Source of the DNA: Mucilaginibacter sp.
Lineage (GTDB): Bacteria > Bacteroidota > Bacteroidia > Sphingobacteriales > Sphingobacteriaceae
Direction of reading: 5' to 3'
Assembly: GCA_028287895.1 (NCBI GenBank)
Contig: JAQBOV010000073.1
Location: 3,088-67,087, forward strand
DNA length: 64,000 bases
The notes beneath the pieces were generated by a model. That model was not told where the DNA came from and made no database searches. It worked only from the letters and a program-made list of their open reading frames with translations. Shown here one piece after another: positions 39,062-49,578 of the stretch (position 1 is the first letter of the stretch; every line of letters begins with the position of its first letter). The position numbers were made by a program, and so were the translations under genes.

Positions 39062-40147
39062 TTAATTATTTACCAAACTTTTATCATTCGCCGTAGCGTT
39101 ACTTATAGCCACCTGCTGGGCCACCTTTTTTGCCATATCTATAAACGCCCCGCGCATCGGATTTTGCTCATCCAGTACCACTGGTCTGCCGGCATCTCCC
39201 GAGTCACTGATGCTTTTCACCAAAGGTATTTCGCCCAGAAACGGCACGTCCAGTTGTTCGGCCAGCTTTTGTCCACCGCCTTTGCCAAAAATATAATATT
39301 TGTTGGCAGGCAGTTCAGCCGGGGTGAAGTACGACATATTTTCCACTATCCCCAGCAATGGCACATTGATGGCGTTCATCCTAAACATGCCAATACCCTT
39401 TTTAGCATCCGCCAGTGCCACGTTTTGCGGCGTGGTTACAATAAGGGCTCCTGTAACAGGGAAGGTCTGCGTTACGGTGATATGGATATCGCCTGTACCG
39501 GGGGGCAGGTCGACCACCAGGTAATCCAGCTCGCCCCAATCTGCATCATTAAATAACTGTTTAACGGCTGTTGACACCATCGGCCCGCGCCATGGCACCG
39601 GTTGGTTCGGATCGGTGAAAAATCCGATGGATAACAATTTAATACCATATTTTTCAATAGGCTGTATGCGTGTTTTACCATCTACGTCTCTCGCTTTGGG
39701 TCGCTCGCCTTCCAAACCAAACATAATCGGTATCGAAGGCCCATAAATATCGGCATCAATCAGTCCCACACTGGCACCTGCATAGGAAAGAGCAAGGGCC
39801 AGGTTTACAGCTACGGTTGATTTGCCAACGCCACCTTTGCCCGAAGCTACGGCAATAATATTTTTAACACCCGGCACACCGGTATTTTTCTGCGAGGTAA
39901 CACGCGAGGCCATATCGATATGCACCTCTACCTCCTTGCTGATAAAATAGCCGATCGCGTTGCGGCAGGCGTTCTCTATCATCGCCTTTAAGGGGCAGGC
40001 AGGCGTAGTTAAAATAACCGAAAAGCTCAGACGCTTGCCCTCTATTTTGATGTCCTGTATCATATTAAGGGTAACCAGGTCTTTTTTCAGATCAGGTTCT
40101 TCAACATTGCTCAGGGCTTGTAAAACTTGTTCGCGGGTGATGGTCAT
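39062..40147 (-). CDS. apbC: Mrp/NBP35-family Fe-S cluster carrier ATPase
   Basis: It has the deviant Walker A ASGKGGVGKST and an N-terminal DUF59-like domain (TREQVL.AL..V.EPDL.KDLV.L). Confidence 0.92.
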   Translation of the reverse strand: MTITREQVLQALSNVEEPDLKKDLVTLNMIQDIKIEGKRLSFSVILTTPACPLKAMIENACRNAIGYFISKEVEVHIDMASRVTSQKNTGVPGVKNIIAVASGKGGVGKSTVAVNLALALSYAGASVGLIDADIYGPSIPIMFGLEGERPKARDVDGKTRIQPIEKYGIKLLSIGFFTDPNQPVPWRGPMVSTAVKQLFNDADWGELDYLVVDLPPGTGDIHITVTQTFPVTGALIVTTPQNVALADAKKGIGMFRMNAINVPLLGIVENMSYFTPAELPANKYYIFGKGGGQKLAEQLDVPFLGEIPLVKSISDSGDAGRPVVLDEQNPMRGAFIDMAKKVAQQVAISNATANDKSLVNN

Positions 40148-40267
40148 AATTTTATTTTCGCAAAAATATCAAAACAGTAGCAACTTGCTTTTGTTAGGGT
40201 AATAATTTGAAGTGTAAAAACGTTTGCAGCAGATAAGAATTAGTTTAGTTTTGGATAAAATTATTTA

Positions 40268-42445
40268 ATGCGCCGACTTAATCCCAAATATATCCGTATT
40301 GCCGGAATAATAGTTGTTTTCCTTATCATACTGTTGTTAATAGGTGGATATATTGCTTATAACAAGCGCGAAACATACCTCCAAAGCGCTATTAGCAAAG
40401 CTAAACTAAAAGCAAAGAGGGATTATAATTTAGATGTAAAAATAGGCTCTGCGCACTTTAGCGGACTTAGCACGGTTTCTTTTTCTGATGTCACGGTCGT
40501 ACCTGAGCAGCGCGACAGCCTGTTGAACATTAAGCGCTTTGATATTAGCATAAAGCTCATGCCCCTTTTGTTTGGTGATATTAAACTAGCACGTGTAATA
40601 CTGGATAAGGGACGCTTAAATCTCACCGATATCAAGGGCATTAAAAATTTTGATTTCCTGTTCAAAAAGAAAAAGGATACCACTGAAAAAAAAACGAGGG
40701 CCGACCTTTCCGTATTGGCTAATAACCTGATGAAACAGGTATTATATAAAATTCCGGATGACCTGGACTTAAAAAACTTCCTGGTAACCTTTACCAATGA
40801 CAGCGCGAGCGTAAAATTGCTTGCCCAAACTGCCCGGATAAAAGATGGGAAATTAAGCTCGATCATAAAAGTGGACAATGGTGCAGCAACCTGGCACTTT
40901 GCGGGCACAATGCATCCATCAGACAGGGATATCGATGTGCGTTTGTATGCAGATGGCAAAAAGGTGGAGCTGCCGATGATCGAAAAACGTTATCACCTTA
41001 AAGTTAATTTTGATACGATTACTACACGTCTTCAAAAGGTGGAGAACAGCAATGGCGTTACCAGGATATATGGCTATTGGTCGGTACATAACTTACTGAT
41101 CAATCAACCCGGCTTGTCCTCATCAGACATCATCATACCTGATGGCTCTATTGATGCCAATGTATTTGTGGGCAAAAATTATGTTTCGCTGGATAGTTCC
41201 TCTCTGATACATATCAAAAAGATCACCGTTAAGCCTTACCTCAAATATCAGCTCAACCCTGTAAAAATATATACCGTAAAGGTGAATACCGACTGGCTAA
41301 ACGCGCAAGATGTATTTGATTCATTTCCCGAGGGCCTGTTCGATTCATTTGAAGGCATAAAAGTTACCGGTAAAATCAAATATCATCTGCACGTATTTCT
41401 GGATAGTTCAAATCCCGACAAGGTGCAGTTTGAATCGGCCCTGGCAAAGGATAATCTCAACATTGTTAAATATGGAAAAACCGATCTGGGAAAATTAAAT
41501 AAAGGGTTTGTTTACACGCCTTATGAAAAAGGCAAACCGATGCCCTCGCGTATTATCGGCCCTCAAAACCCGGATTTTACTCCGCTGAATGATATTTCTT
41601 CTGACACACGCAATGCGGTTATGACCTCGGAAGACCCGTCATTTTATACGAATCATGGTTTTGTGGAAGAATCAATCAGGAGATCCATCGCGACCGATTT
41701 TAAAGAAAAGAAATTTAAGCGCGGCGGCAGTACTATTTCTATGCAGCTGATCAAAAATGCCTTTTTGAGTCGTGAAAAAACCCTGGCCCGTAAAGTGGAA
41801 GAGATACTGATCGTCTGGATGATCGAGAATAACAACATCATGTCAAAAAACAGGATGCTTGAAGTGTATTTCAACATCGTTGAATGGGGCCGGAACATTT
41901 ATGGAATCGGGGAAGCTTCGCGTTATTATTTCGGAAAATCACCCGCTGAACTCACTCTTGGTGAAAGTATTTATTTAGCAAGCATTCTTCCTCACCCAAA
42001 AACGGGTTTATATTCCTTTTTACCCGATGGCTCTTTGCGGCCAAGCCTGCAAGGCTATTACAATTTGATAGGCAAATTAATGGCCGGCAGGGGATGGACC
42101 GAGCCGGATAGTTCAGGATATGGCTATTATTCAGTAAGGTTAAAGGAGGGCCTGCGCCAGGAAATTGCGCCGGTACCGGCTGCGATTGCTGATAGTCTGA
42201 TGAAACAAACCAATGATGATGAAGATGATACGCCGACAGTTGTTATAGCAGTGCCCGAAAAAAAACCTAATTTCTTTCAGCGGTTATTTGGGAAAAAAGA
42301 TACTGCAGCCAATAAGCAAGAAGAGAAGGAACTGGAAATAGATACCGTTGGAAAAACCAAAAAACAGATACGCCAGGAAAAACGTGCACGCAAGAAGCTC
42401 GAAAAAGAGCGTCAAAAGGAACTTCGTGACAAAGGACTGTTATAG
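40268..42445 (+). CDS. Monofunctional peptidoglycan glycosyltransferase (GT51) with a long uncharacterised N-terminal region and a Lys/Glu-rich tail
   Basis: GT51 motifs EDPSFYTNHGF and RGGSTISMQLIKN begin only at about aa 450. There is an N-terminal transmembrane anchor and no transpeptidase domain. Confidence 0.85.
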   Translation: MRRLNPKYIRIAGIIVVFLIILLLIGGYIAYNKRETYLQSAISKAKLKAKRDYNLDVKIGSAHFSGLSTVSFSDVTVVPEQRDSLLNIKRFDISIKLMPLLFGDIKLARVILDKGRLNLTDIKGIKNFDFLFKKKKDTTEKKTRADLSVLANNLMKQVLYKIPDDLDLKNFLVTFTNDSASVKLLAQTARIKDGKLSSIIKVDNGAATWHFAGTMHPSDRDIDVRLYADGKKVELPMIEKRYHLKVNFDTITTRLQKVENSNGVTRIYGYWSVHNLLINQPGLSSSDIIIPDGSIDANVFVGKNYVSLDSSSLIHIKKITVKPYLKYQLNPVKIYTVKVNTDWLNAQDVFDSFPEGLFDSFEGIKVTGKIKYHLHVFLDSSNPDKVQFESALAKDNLNIVKYGKTDLGKLNKGFVYTPYEKGKPMPSRIIGPQNPDFTPLNDISSDTRNAVMTSEDPSFYTNHGFVEESIRRSIATDFKEKKFKRGGSTISMQLIKNAFLSREKTLARKVEEILIVWMIENNNIMSKNRMLEVYFNIVEWGRNIYGIGEASRYYFGKSPAELTLGESIYLASILPHPKTGLYSFLPDGSLRPSLQGYYNLIGKLMAGRGWTEPDSSGYGYYSVRLKEGLRQEIAPVPAAIADSLMKQTNDDEDDTPTVVIAVPEKKPNFFQRLFGKKDTAANKQEEKELEIDTVGKTKKQIRQEKRARKKLEKERQKELRDKGLL

Positions 42446-42509
42446 TGTTTACCATAGCATGACGAATTTAAATGTTTAAACATCGATCTTTGCTTAAATA
42501 TTTAAAGTT

Positions 42510-43139
42510 ATGTCACTCATAGAAAAATTAAACTGGCGCTACGCCACAAAAAAGTTTGATCATACTAAAAAATTAAGCCCGGCTCAATTAGATGAGCTAT
42601 TAAGGGCGGTCCATTTGTCACCTTCGTCTTCAGGACTTCAATCTTACAAGATGTTGATCGTGACAGACCCCGCTATAAGGCAAAAGCTACGCGAAGCTGC
42701 TTACGGTCAGCCTCAATTGACTGATGCGTCCCAAATTATCATTTTCGCTTCCGAAACAAATCTGGATGCTGCCTATGTTAAAAAGTATATTGACCACATC
42801 GCTAAAACCCGTCAAATCGACCGCGAAAGCCTGGAAGGTTTTGAACAAGCGATTAACGGTAATATCAACAAACTTACAGCCGAGCAAAAAATCACCTGGT
42901 CACACAAACAGACTTATATTGCCTTGGGTGTATTATTAACCGCTGCCGCTGACATGGGTATCGATAGCTGTCCGATGGAGGGTTTTAATGCGGATAAGGT
43001 CGATGAAGTCTTAGGGTTAAACGAAAAAGGATTAACCACATCGGTAATAGCAGCCATTGGTTTCCGTTCAGTAGATGATGAATTTAGTAAATTCATTAAA
43101 GTGCGCAAACCTAACGAAGACATGTTTATTCATATTTAA
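42510..43139 (+). CDS. Nitroreductase-family NAD(P)H-dependent oxidoreductase
   Basis: 209 aa. The RYATKKFD start motif and the overall NfsB/FRase-like pattern are present. Confidence 0.85.
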   Translation: MSLIEKLNWRYATKKFDHTKKLSPAQLDELLRAVHLSPSSSGLQSYKMLIVTDPAIRQKLREAAYGQPQLTDASQIIIFASETNLDAAYVKKYIDHIAKTRQIDRESLEGFEQAINGNINKLTAEQKITWSHKQTYIALGVLLTAAADMGIDSCPMEGFNADKVDEVLGLNEKGLTTSVIAAIGFRSVDDEFSKFIKVRKPNEDMFIHI

Positions 43140-43163
43140 TGGTGCTAACGATATATTAAATCA

Positions 43164-43201
43164 CACAAAAGCCGGAAGCCAAGCAACTTCTGGCTTTTGT
43201 G
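43164..43201. terminator. Bidirectional rho-independent terminator
   Basis: CACAAAAGCCGGAAG (43164-43178) pairs with CTTCTGGCTTTTGTG (43187-43201) over 15 bp with one G-U and an 8-nt loop. TTTT follows. It sits between convergent genes. Confidence 0.75.
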
Positions 43202-43229
43202 TTTTAAACTGCAAGGCTGCCTGACTCTA

Positions 43230-44240
43230 TTAAACCGATGAAGACTTGCGTATAAAAAGCTTAGAATTAAGGATATGCTGCTTTTTTACCGCAACGTGGT
43301 TTTTGTTCTCCAGCTCATCAAATAAAAGCGTTGCCGCTTTTATACCCATTTCGTAGGCCGGCTGGGTGATCGTTGATAAAGGCGGACATAATAAGGGAGC
43401 GATCGCCAGGCTTGAAAAGCTAATGATCTTCAGCTCTTCCGGGATAGATATATTCATGTCGTTGCATACATAGTAGGTAGCAAAAGCAAGACGCTCAACC
43501 GAACTGAATATTCCATCTGGTTTAATCTCTTCCAGCACCTTTTTGATGATGGAATAATTGACCTTTTCTTCCTGGCTGCAGTCGATCACCAATTCATCAT
43601 CAAAAGGTATCCCGTGTTTTGCCAGCGCATCAACATAGCCCTGCCCGCGCACCTTACCTATAGAAATACTTTTATTGACCACCAAATAAGCTATCCGGCG
43701 ACAGCCGGTTTCAATCAGGTGTTCGGTGGCTGCAAAACTGCTCTGGTAGTCATTGGTAGTCACTTTTGATACTTCTATGTCTTCGTACACCCGGTCAAAA
43801 AACACCACCGGTATATTCTTCTGTTCGAGCTTTTTCAGATAATTATGGTCATTCGACTCACCCGAAACAGACATAATAATGCCATCGGCTTTCCCATTGT
43901 TGAGGTAGTTCACAAATGAAACTTCCTTTTCAAAAATGTCGTCGGTACGATAAAGCAAAATATAAAAGCCCTTTTTCCGTGCAACTTCTTCTATCCCGTT
44001 AATGGCCTGGGCAAAAAAGTCATTAACGATTTCGGGAACGATAACTGCCAGGGTTTTGCTTTTTTTATCCCTTAAATTACTTGCGTAATGGTTCGGCAAA
44101 AAATTATGCTCTCTTGCCACGGCCAGTATTCTTTCCTTGGTGTCTTTATTAATATCATGGCTGCCGTTAAACGCTCTGGAAATAGTAGAGGTTGACAGCT
44201 TTAGCTTTTTAGCCAGTATTTTAATATTAATATTATCCAT
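43230..44240 (-). CDS. LacI-family transcriptional regulator
   Basis: It has an N-terminal HTH (NIKILAKKLKLSTSTISRAFNG) and a periplasmic-binding-protein-like fold. It lies downstream of the pullulanase gene. Confidence 0.92.
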   Translation of the reverse strand: MDNINIKILAKKLKLSTSTISRAFNGSHDINKDTKERILAVAREHNFLPNHYASNLRDKKSKTLAVIVPEIVNDFFAQAINGIEEVARKKGFYILLYRTDDIFEKEVSFVNYLNNGKADGIIMSVSGESNDHNYLKKLEQKNIPVVFFDRVYEDIEVSKVTTNDYQSSFAATEHLIETGCRRIAYLVVNKSISIGKVRGQGYVDALAKHGIPFDDELVIDCSQEEKVNYSIIKKVLEEIKPDGIFSSVERLAFATYYVCNDMNISIPEELKIISFSSLAIAPLLCPPLSTITQPAYEMGIKAATLLFDELENKNHVAVKKQHILNSKLFIRKSSSV

Positions 44241-44334
44241 TTCGATGAGCTAAATAATAACAGCGCTCAAATGTAACAAATTCATTATTCCCTGTGTAAC
44301 CAATTTAAAATCAATTGTATTAGGTTTATGCTTA

Positions 44335-46329
44335 TTATTTCTCATATAAAATATATGCGGTTGTAGCAGGCAGGACTATTTCGCTTGTATTTATATTTCT
44401 TATGCCGCTTTCGCTGACGGCATGCTCATCAGTGGCCAATATCCAATTGCCCTTCGGGATAGTGAACCTTTTATCCGCTGTATTGCCATTAAAAATAACC
44501 AATATATTTTTCCAGCCATCACCATTCGCATACCCACTTATTTGATAAGCGATAATATCAGGATCTTTGGTATCTAAAAAACGTAAATGCCTTTGGATCA
44601 TTTGTGTCGACCGCATCCTGAATGCAGGATGGTTTCTTCGCAAAGCGATTAGTCCTTTGTAGTAGTTAAACACTGCCTTGTATTTAGCCTTACGGCCCCA
44701 GTCTAATTGGTTAATAGAATCCGGACTGTTATAAGAATTGGCAACACCCTGCTTGGTGCGCAGCATTTCGGCGCCGGCGTGCAAAAAAGAAACGCCTTGC
44801 GAGGTAAGCACAATGGCATTACTTAATTTATCCATTTTTATCAGATCGGCTTCCGGCGCTCCGGGGTTTGATATCTTAAGCCGGTCAAAGAGTGTATGAT
44901 CATCATGGCAGGATACATAATTAATGGTTTGATATGGTTGGGCAGCCCAGGGAGCTTTAGCGTAATTTACTTTGTCGTAATCAACCTGCGGATGCCGGGT
45001 TGATGCAACAATTCCAAATTTTACGCTTTCGGCATTCCCGGCTGCACCACTTACAAAGCCTTTTGATTTCACATCGCCCCATCCCCCTTTTATGCCATCA
45101 CGCATTTCATCACTAAAAACAGCTATCTTATCCAGTTTATAGGCATTCTTTTTCACCGCCCGCAGGTCCTCGGCCAGCGGGCTGTTCCCGGCTGTCCATC
45201 CTTCGCCGTAAATAAATATGGTGGAATCTATCTTGTGCAAAGCCCCGCTTATCTCATTCATTGTTTCCATATCATGTACCCCCATCAGGTCGAACCTGAA
45301 ACCGTCCAGATGATATTCCCTGGCCCAGTAAAGCACCGACTCTACCATGTATTTTCTCATCATGGCCCTTTCTGATGCAGTTTCGTTACCGCAGCCGGTC
45401 GCATTGGAATAAGCGCCCTTTGCTGTGTGCCTGTAAAAATAACCCGGCGCAAACTGGTTAAAATTGGAGGAAGTACCGCTGGTATGGTTATACACCACAT
45501 CCAGTATTACCCGCAGTCCATTATTGTGCAGGGCCTGCACCATCTGCTTAAACTCCCGTATCCGGACATTGCCGTCATACGGATTAGTCGAATAACTCCC
45601 TTCAGGAACATTATAATTCAGGGGGTCATAACCCCAGTTATATTTTTCACCGGGTTTTGTTTCGTCAATTGAGTTAAAATCAAACGACGGCAGCAAATGA
45701 ATATGCGTTACGCCAAGTGATTTGATATGGTCAAGCCCTGTTGATTCCCCGTCCGGGCTTTTGGTACCGGTTTCGGTTAATCCTAAAAATTGACCTTTAT
45801 GCTGTATTCCGGAGTTTGGACTGATGGACAGGTCGCGGATATGCAACTCATAAATGATCATATCGGTAAAGTTTTTTAACGCTGGTTTTTTATCCATTGC
45901 CCAATTTCCGGGGTCGGTCGATCTTAGATCCACCACCATCCCGCGCTTACCGTTCACCCCAACTGCCTTGGCATAGATATCGGGCCGCTCCTGCAGCCAT
46001 CTGTCATTATTTTTAACCTGGAAAGTATAATACCTATTCTTAAGATCCTGCTTAACGGTTATTTCCCAAACGCCTTGTCCGGCCTTGTTCAGTCGGATTA
46101 TTTGGGTGGCTTTACCCCCTTCGCCGGCCGCATACAGCCTCAGTTTTACAGCCGTTGCCGTGGGCGCCCAAATTTTAAATATCGTCTTTCCGGGCCAGAA
46201 GGTAACTCCCAGGTCGCTGCCGGTATAAACCGGGTAATCATTAAATTGAGGAATTTTTTTGATCGTTTTAAATGATAGTAAAACAATGGATAAAAAAGTT
46301 AATGCTAAAATAGAATTTAGATATTTCAT
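44335..46329 (-). CDS. pulA: Type I pullulanase (GH13)
   Basis: Motifs YNWGYDP, GFRFDLMG, YGEGW and NYVSCHDD are present. I placed the start at ATG 46329, which opens the signal peptide MKYLNSILALTFLSIVLL; the track start is 46374. Confidence 0.9.
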   Translation of the reverse strand: MKYLNSILALTFLSIVLLSFKTIKKIPQFNDYPVYTGSDLGVTFWPGKTIFKIWAPTATAVKLRLYAAGEGGKATQIIRLNKAGQGVWEITVKQDLKNRYYTFQVKNNDRWLQERPDIYAKAVGVNGKRGMVVDLRSTDPGNWAMDKKPALKNFTDMIIYELHIRDLSISPNSGIQHKGQFLGLTETGTKSPDGESTGLDHIKSLGVTHIHLLPSFDFNSIDETKPGEKYNWGYDPLNYNVPEGSYSTNPYDGNVRIREFKQMVQALHNNGLRVILDVVYNHTSGTSSNFNQFAPGYFYRHTAKGAYSNATGCGNETASERAMMRKYMVESVLYWAREYHLDGFRFDLMGVHDMETMNEISGALHKIDSTIFIYGEGWTAGNSPLAEDLRAVKKNAYKLDKIAVFSDEMRDGIKGGWGDVKSKGFVSGAAGNAESVKFGIVASTRHPQVDYDKVNYAKAPWAAQPYQTINYVSCHDDHTLFDRLKISNPGAPEADLIKMDKLSNAIVLTSQGVSFLHAGAEMLRTKQGVANSYNSPDSINQLDWGRKAKYKAVFNYYKGLIALRRNHPAFRMRSTQMIQRHLRFLDTKDPDIIAYQISGYANGDGWKNILVIFNGNTADKRFTIPKGNWILATDEHAVSESGIRNINTSEIVLPATTAYILYEK

Positions 46330-46331
46330 TG

Positions 46332-46394
46332 ATGAATAAATTACAGGATACCGTCTGAACACCTTCTGGTTCAAATAGAATTAAATTTATTCAT
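46332..46394. repeat. 11-bp perfect inverted repeat in the pullulanase upstream region
   Basis: ATGAATAAATT (46332-46342) pairs with AATTTATTCAT (46384-46394). The spacer holds a nested TGAAC/GTTCA pair. Confidence 0.5.
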
Positions 46395-46456
46395 AATCCA
46401 CCAAAACAATTCAATGACTTTCGGTATTATGCTTACACCATGGATAACCAAAAAAC

Positions 46457-47809
46457 GTGAAGCAACTTGTCTTAAATAAGTATCTGCATATAATGATCAT
46501 TTTGGGGCTTTTGAGCCCGTTATCATCAAAAGCCTATTCCGTATTTGCACATGAAGCCATTATAGATGCCAGTTGGCAAAAGTCCATCCTGCCATTATTG
46601 AAACAAAAATACCCCATGGCCTCTGATTCTGCCCTGAAAGTGGCTCGTTCCTATGCTTATGGCGGATCGCTGATCGCCGATATGGGTTATTTCCCGTTTG
46701 GCAATTCATATTTCACCGACCTGGTACATTATGTTCGCAGCGGTGATTTTGTAGAAAACCTGCTTAACGAAGCACAGAATATAAATGAATACGCTTTTGC
46801 CATTGGCGCTTTGGCGCATTATATGACTGACCAATACGGGCATGCATTAGGCACTAACTTAGCCGTACCGATTGTGTATACTGATATGGGGCAAAAATAT
46901 GGCAGCATAGTAACCTATGACAACGATCATACATCGCATAAAAGGATGGAATTTGCTTTTGATGTATTGCAAACGGCAAGAGGCAATTATTTACCGCAAT
47001 CGTATCATGATTTTATTGGATTTAATGTGGCACGACCTGTATTGGAAAGGGCTTTTCTTAAAACCTATGGCGAAGATATCAATAAAGTTTTCGGCAATCT
47101 TTCATTGACCATTTCAACTTTCAGGTGGACAATTAAAAGTTTATTTCCGGGTTTAACAAGAACCGCCTGGGCCATCAAAAAAAACGATATCCTTAAGAGT
47201 GATCCCACGATGACCAGCAGGAAATTTCACTACAAGTTAAAAAGAAAAGAATATTATAAAGAATTTGGTCGCGAACGTGAAAAGCCTAAACTTAAGGAAT
47301 GGATCTACTCAGTAATTATAAGGATATTACCCAAGATCGGCGCTTTAAAATCTTTGCGGTTTAAAGACCCCGGACCTGGGGGAGAGAAACTATTTATCAG
47401 AAGTTTTGATACCACTATGGTTCATTATGACCTTGCTTTACGTATGTTACAGCATGAAAATCATATTGACCTGGCTAATATCGATTTCGACACCGGGAAA
47501 ATAACAGCTCCGGGAGAATATCCTCTTACTGATCAAACTTATAGTTTCATGGTGCTGAAGCTACAGGACGACAAGTTTAGTAACATGACAGCTCCGTTAA
47601 AAGACAACATTCTTATTTTCTACAGCCGGGCAGATACAACTACCAAGTCAAACGAACACAAAAAAGATAAAATAGACTGGCAGAAAACTTACCTGGCATT
47701 ACAGCAGATAAAAGTTGCAAAACCCGTTCCAGTCGACAGCTTAAAAAATTATAAAGGCGGGAGCTACAAAATATCACCGGATACCACTAAGAAATACAGC
47801 AGCCGCTAA
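46457..47809 (+). CDS. Secreted zinc-dependent phospholipase C-like family protein
   Basis: 450 aa. After the signal sequence comes AYSVFAHEAIIDASW, with His-rich segments (ALAHYMTDQYGH) like the Zn_dep_PLPC domain. The start is GTG at 46457; an alternative ATG lies at 46493. Confidence 0.5.
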   Translation: MKQLVLNKYLHIMIILGLLSPLSSKAYSVFAHEAIIDASWQKSILPLLKQKYPMASDSALKVARSYAYGGSLIADMGYFPFGNSYFTDLVHYVRSGDFVENLLNEAQNINEYAFAIGALAHYMTDQYGHALGTNLAVPIVYTDMGQKYGSIVTYDNDHTSHKRMEFAFDVLQTARGNYLPQSYHDFIGFNVARPVLERAFLKTYGEDINKVFGNLSLTISTFRWTIKSLFPGLTRTAWAIKKNDILKSDPTMTSRKFHYKLKRKEYYKEFGREREKPKLKEWIYSVIIRILPKIGALKSLRFKDPGPGGEKLFIRSFDTTMVHYDLALRMLQHENHIDLANIDFDTGKITAPGEYPLTDQTYSFMVLKLQDDKFSNMTAPLKDNILIFYSRADTTTKSNEHKKDKIDWQKTYLALQQIKVAKPVPVDSLKNYKGGSYKISPDTTKKYSSR

Positions 47810-47823
47810 TAACTTCCCGCTGA

Positions 47824-49578
47824 CTAGGCCATTGGCTGTAATGGCGTTGAAAGATGTTTTTTGATACCCGATAAAAGCTGGAGTGGTTGAAAAGGTTTGA
47901 GCATGCAATCAGAAAAACCGCTTGCAATAAGGTCAGACAGCATTTTTTGATCAACCAGTGACGCAGTAAAGGCAATAACCGGGATTTCAGGATACAATTT
48001 TTTAACTTCAAAAATTGCGGTGTAGCCGTTCATTACCGGCATCTCCAGATCCATTAAAATAATATCATAAGCCGGATTATTTGCCAGCGCTCCGAGCGCT
48101 TCCCTGCCATCATAAGCCGGTGTAACATCGGCTTTGAAGCCGGTCAATATCTTTTTAGCTACCATCATATTGATCTGGTTATCCTCAACCAGTAATATGT
48201 TTATTCCTGTTAGGTCGGCATCGGTCTTAACCTTGCTTTTTGCTATTTGCTTTCGTGTGCCGCCATAATCTAATTTCAGATCGAAACTAAACTTACTGCC
48301 CCGGCCTTTTTCACTTGCCAGTACCAGGCTGCTGTTCATCAAATTTAATAATCGCACACAGATCGTAAGCCCCAAACCCGTGCCAACAAATTTCTTGGTG
48401 TTTTCGTCATAAACCTGCCAAAAACTTTCAAATATTTTCTTTTGGTCATTTTCAGCTATCCCAATTCCGGTATCTTCGATACTGAAGCTTATTTCAATAG
48501 ATTTTTTTTCTTTTTTCTTACACACTACATCCAGTTTCACATACCCATGGTCCGTAAATTTCAGGGCATTGGAGAAAAGATTATTAAATATCTGTATCAA
48601 ACGCACATCATCAGCCATCACCAGCACATCCAGTTGCGGATCGATATTAATTTTTAGTTCCACCTCCTTCTCCTGGAAGAGGGTTGTAAAAGGCATTCCC
48701 ACATTCAACAAAAACTGTTTCAGGTTAAGCTCCACCGGGTGTATCTCCAGCTTATCGGCTTCTATTTTGTTAAAATCGAGTATATTATTCACCTGCTGCA
48801 GCATATGATCAGAGCAATACTTAAGAATTTGAAAATATTCCTCCTGCTGGGCGTCCCTGTTTTGCTCTTTCAATAAACTGATTACGCCGATTATACCATT
48901 TAAGGGTGTACGAAGCTCGTGTCCCATGGTGGCCAAAAATTGCGTACGCGCATCAATTACCTTGTTGCTTTGTTCCATCAGCTCTTTAATATATTTTTTT
49001 TCAAAGAAAATATAAGCTACGGCAAATATGATGGTTGAAGAAATAGCGATAACACTGTTGACAAAGGAAATCCTGTCTAATTGCGTGAGTGTAAAATCCT
49101 CTAAGGGAGCCACATTGCGCCCAATGAGAATACTGGCTATAAATGAAACGATAATGATACCGATATAAATAAAAGATTCCTTGTATTTCGTTTGTTTAAG
49201 GTCGACAATGATCGGGACGGATACCATTAAGGGGAAAAAATACAGATACTGGTTTGATCGCAGGCCTTCTATGGCGGCAGTTGCGATCAGCATAGCGCTT
49301 ACTATAATCACGATAAATATAGTAAGGTTGTTAATATCGCCGTGGTATTTTAATAAGATGACCATCAGGATGGCAAAGCAAAAACATGCGCTTACAAAGG
49401 ATGAAACGTACAAGCCTATAACTGATGTATAAATTGCCAGGGCCACGCCCGTAAATAAGGTAGCCAAACCAAGCTGGTAGGTTCTTTTAGAAACATCTTT
49501 TATATCAAAATGCGGATTAAGATGCCTGTCAGCGTCTTTATTTGCCCTGTGGTATTTATCCGTAATTTCTTTCATCAT
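47824..49578 (-). CDS. Hybrid sensor histidine kinase/response regulator with a polytopic N-terminal domain
   Basis: About 6 transmembrane segments are followed by HisKA (MGHELRTPLNGI), HATPase (DTGIGI, GTGLGLTI) and a receiver domain (ILLVEDNQ, ILMDLEMP). Confidence 0.92.
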   Translation of the reverse strand: MMKEITDKYHRANKDADRHLNPHFDIKDVSKRTYQLGLATLFTGVALAIYTSVIGLYVSSFVSACFCFAILMVILLKYHGDINNLTIFIVIIVSAMLIATAAIEGLRSNQYLYFFPLMVSVPIIVDLKQTKYKESFIYIGIIIVSFIASILIGRNVAPLEDFTLTQLDRISFVNSVIAISSTIIFAVAYIFFEKKYIKELMEQSNKVIDARTQFLATMGHELRTPLNGIIGVISLLKEQNRDAQQEEYFQILKYCSDHMLQQVNNILDFNKIEADKLEIHPVELNLKQFLLNVGMPFTTLFQEKEVELKINIDPQLDVLVMADDVRLIQIFNNLFSNALKFTDHGYVKLDVVCKKKEKKSIEISFSIEDTGIGIAENDQKKIFESFWQVYDENTKKFVGTGLGLTICVRLLNLMNSSLVLASEKGRGSKFSFDLKLDYGGTRKQIAKSKVKTDADLTGINILLVEDNQINMMVAKKILTGFKADVTPAYDGREALGALANNPAYDIILMDLEMPVMNGYTAIFEVKKLYPEIPVIAFTASLVDQKMLSDLIASGFSDCMLKPFQPLQLLSGIKKHLSTPLQPMA

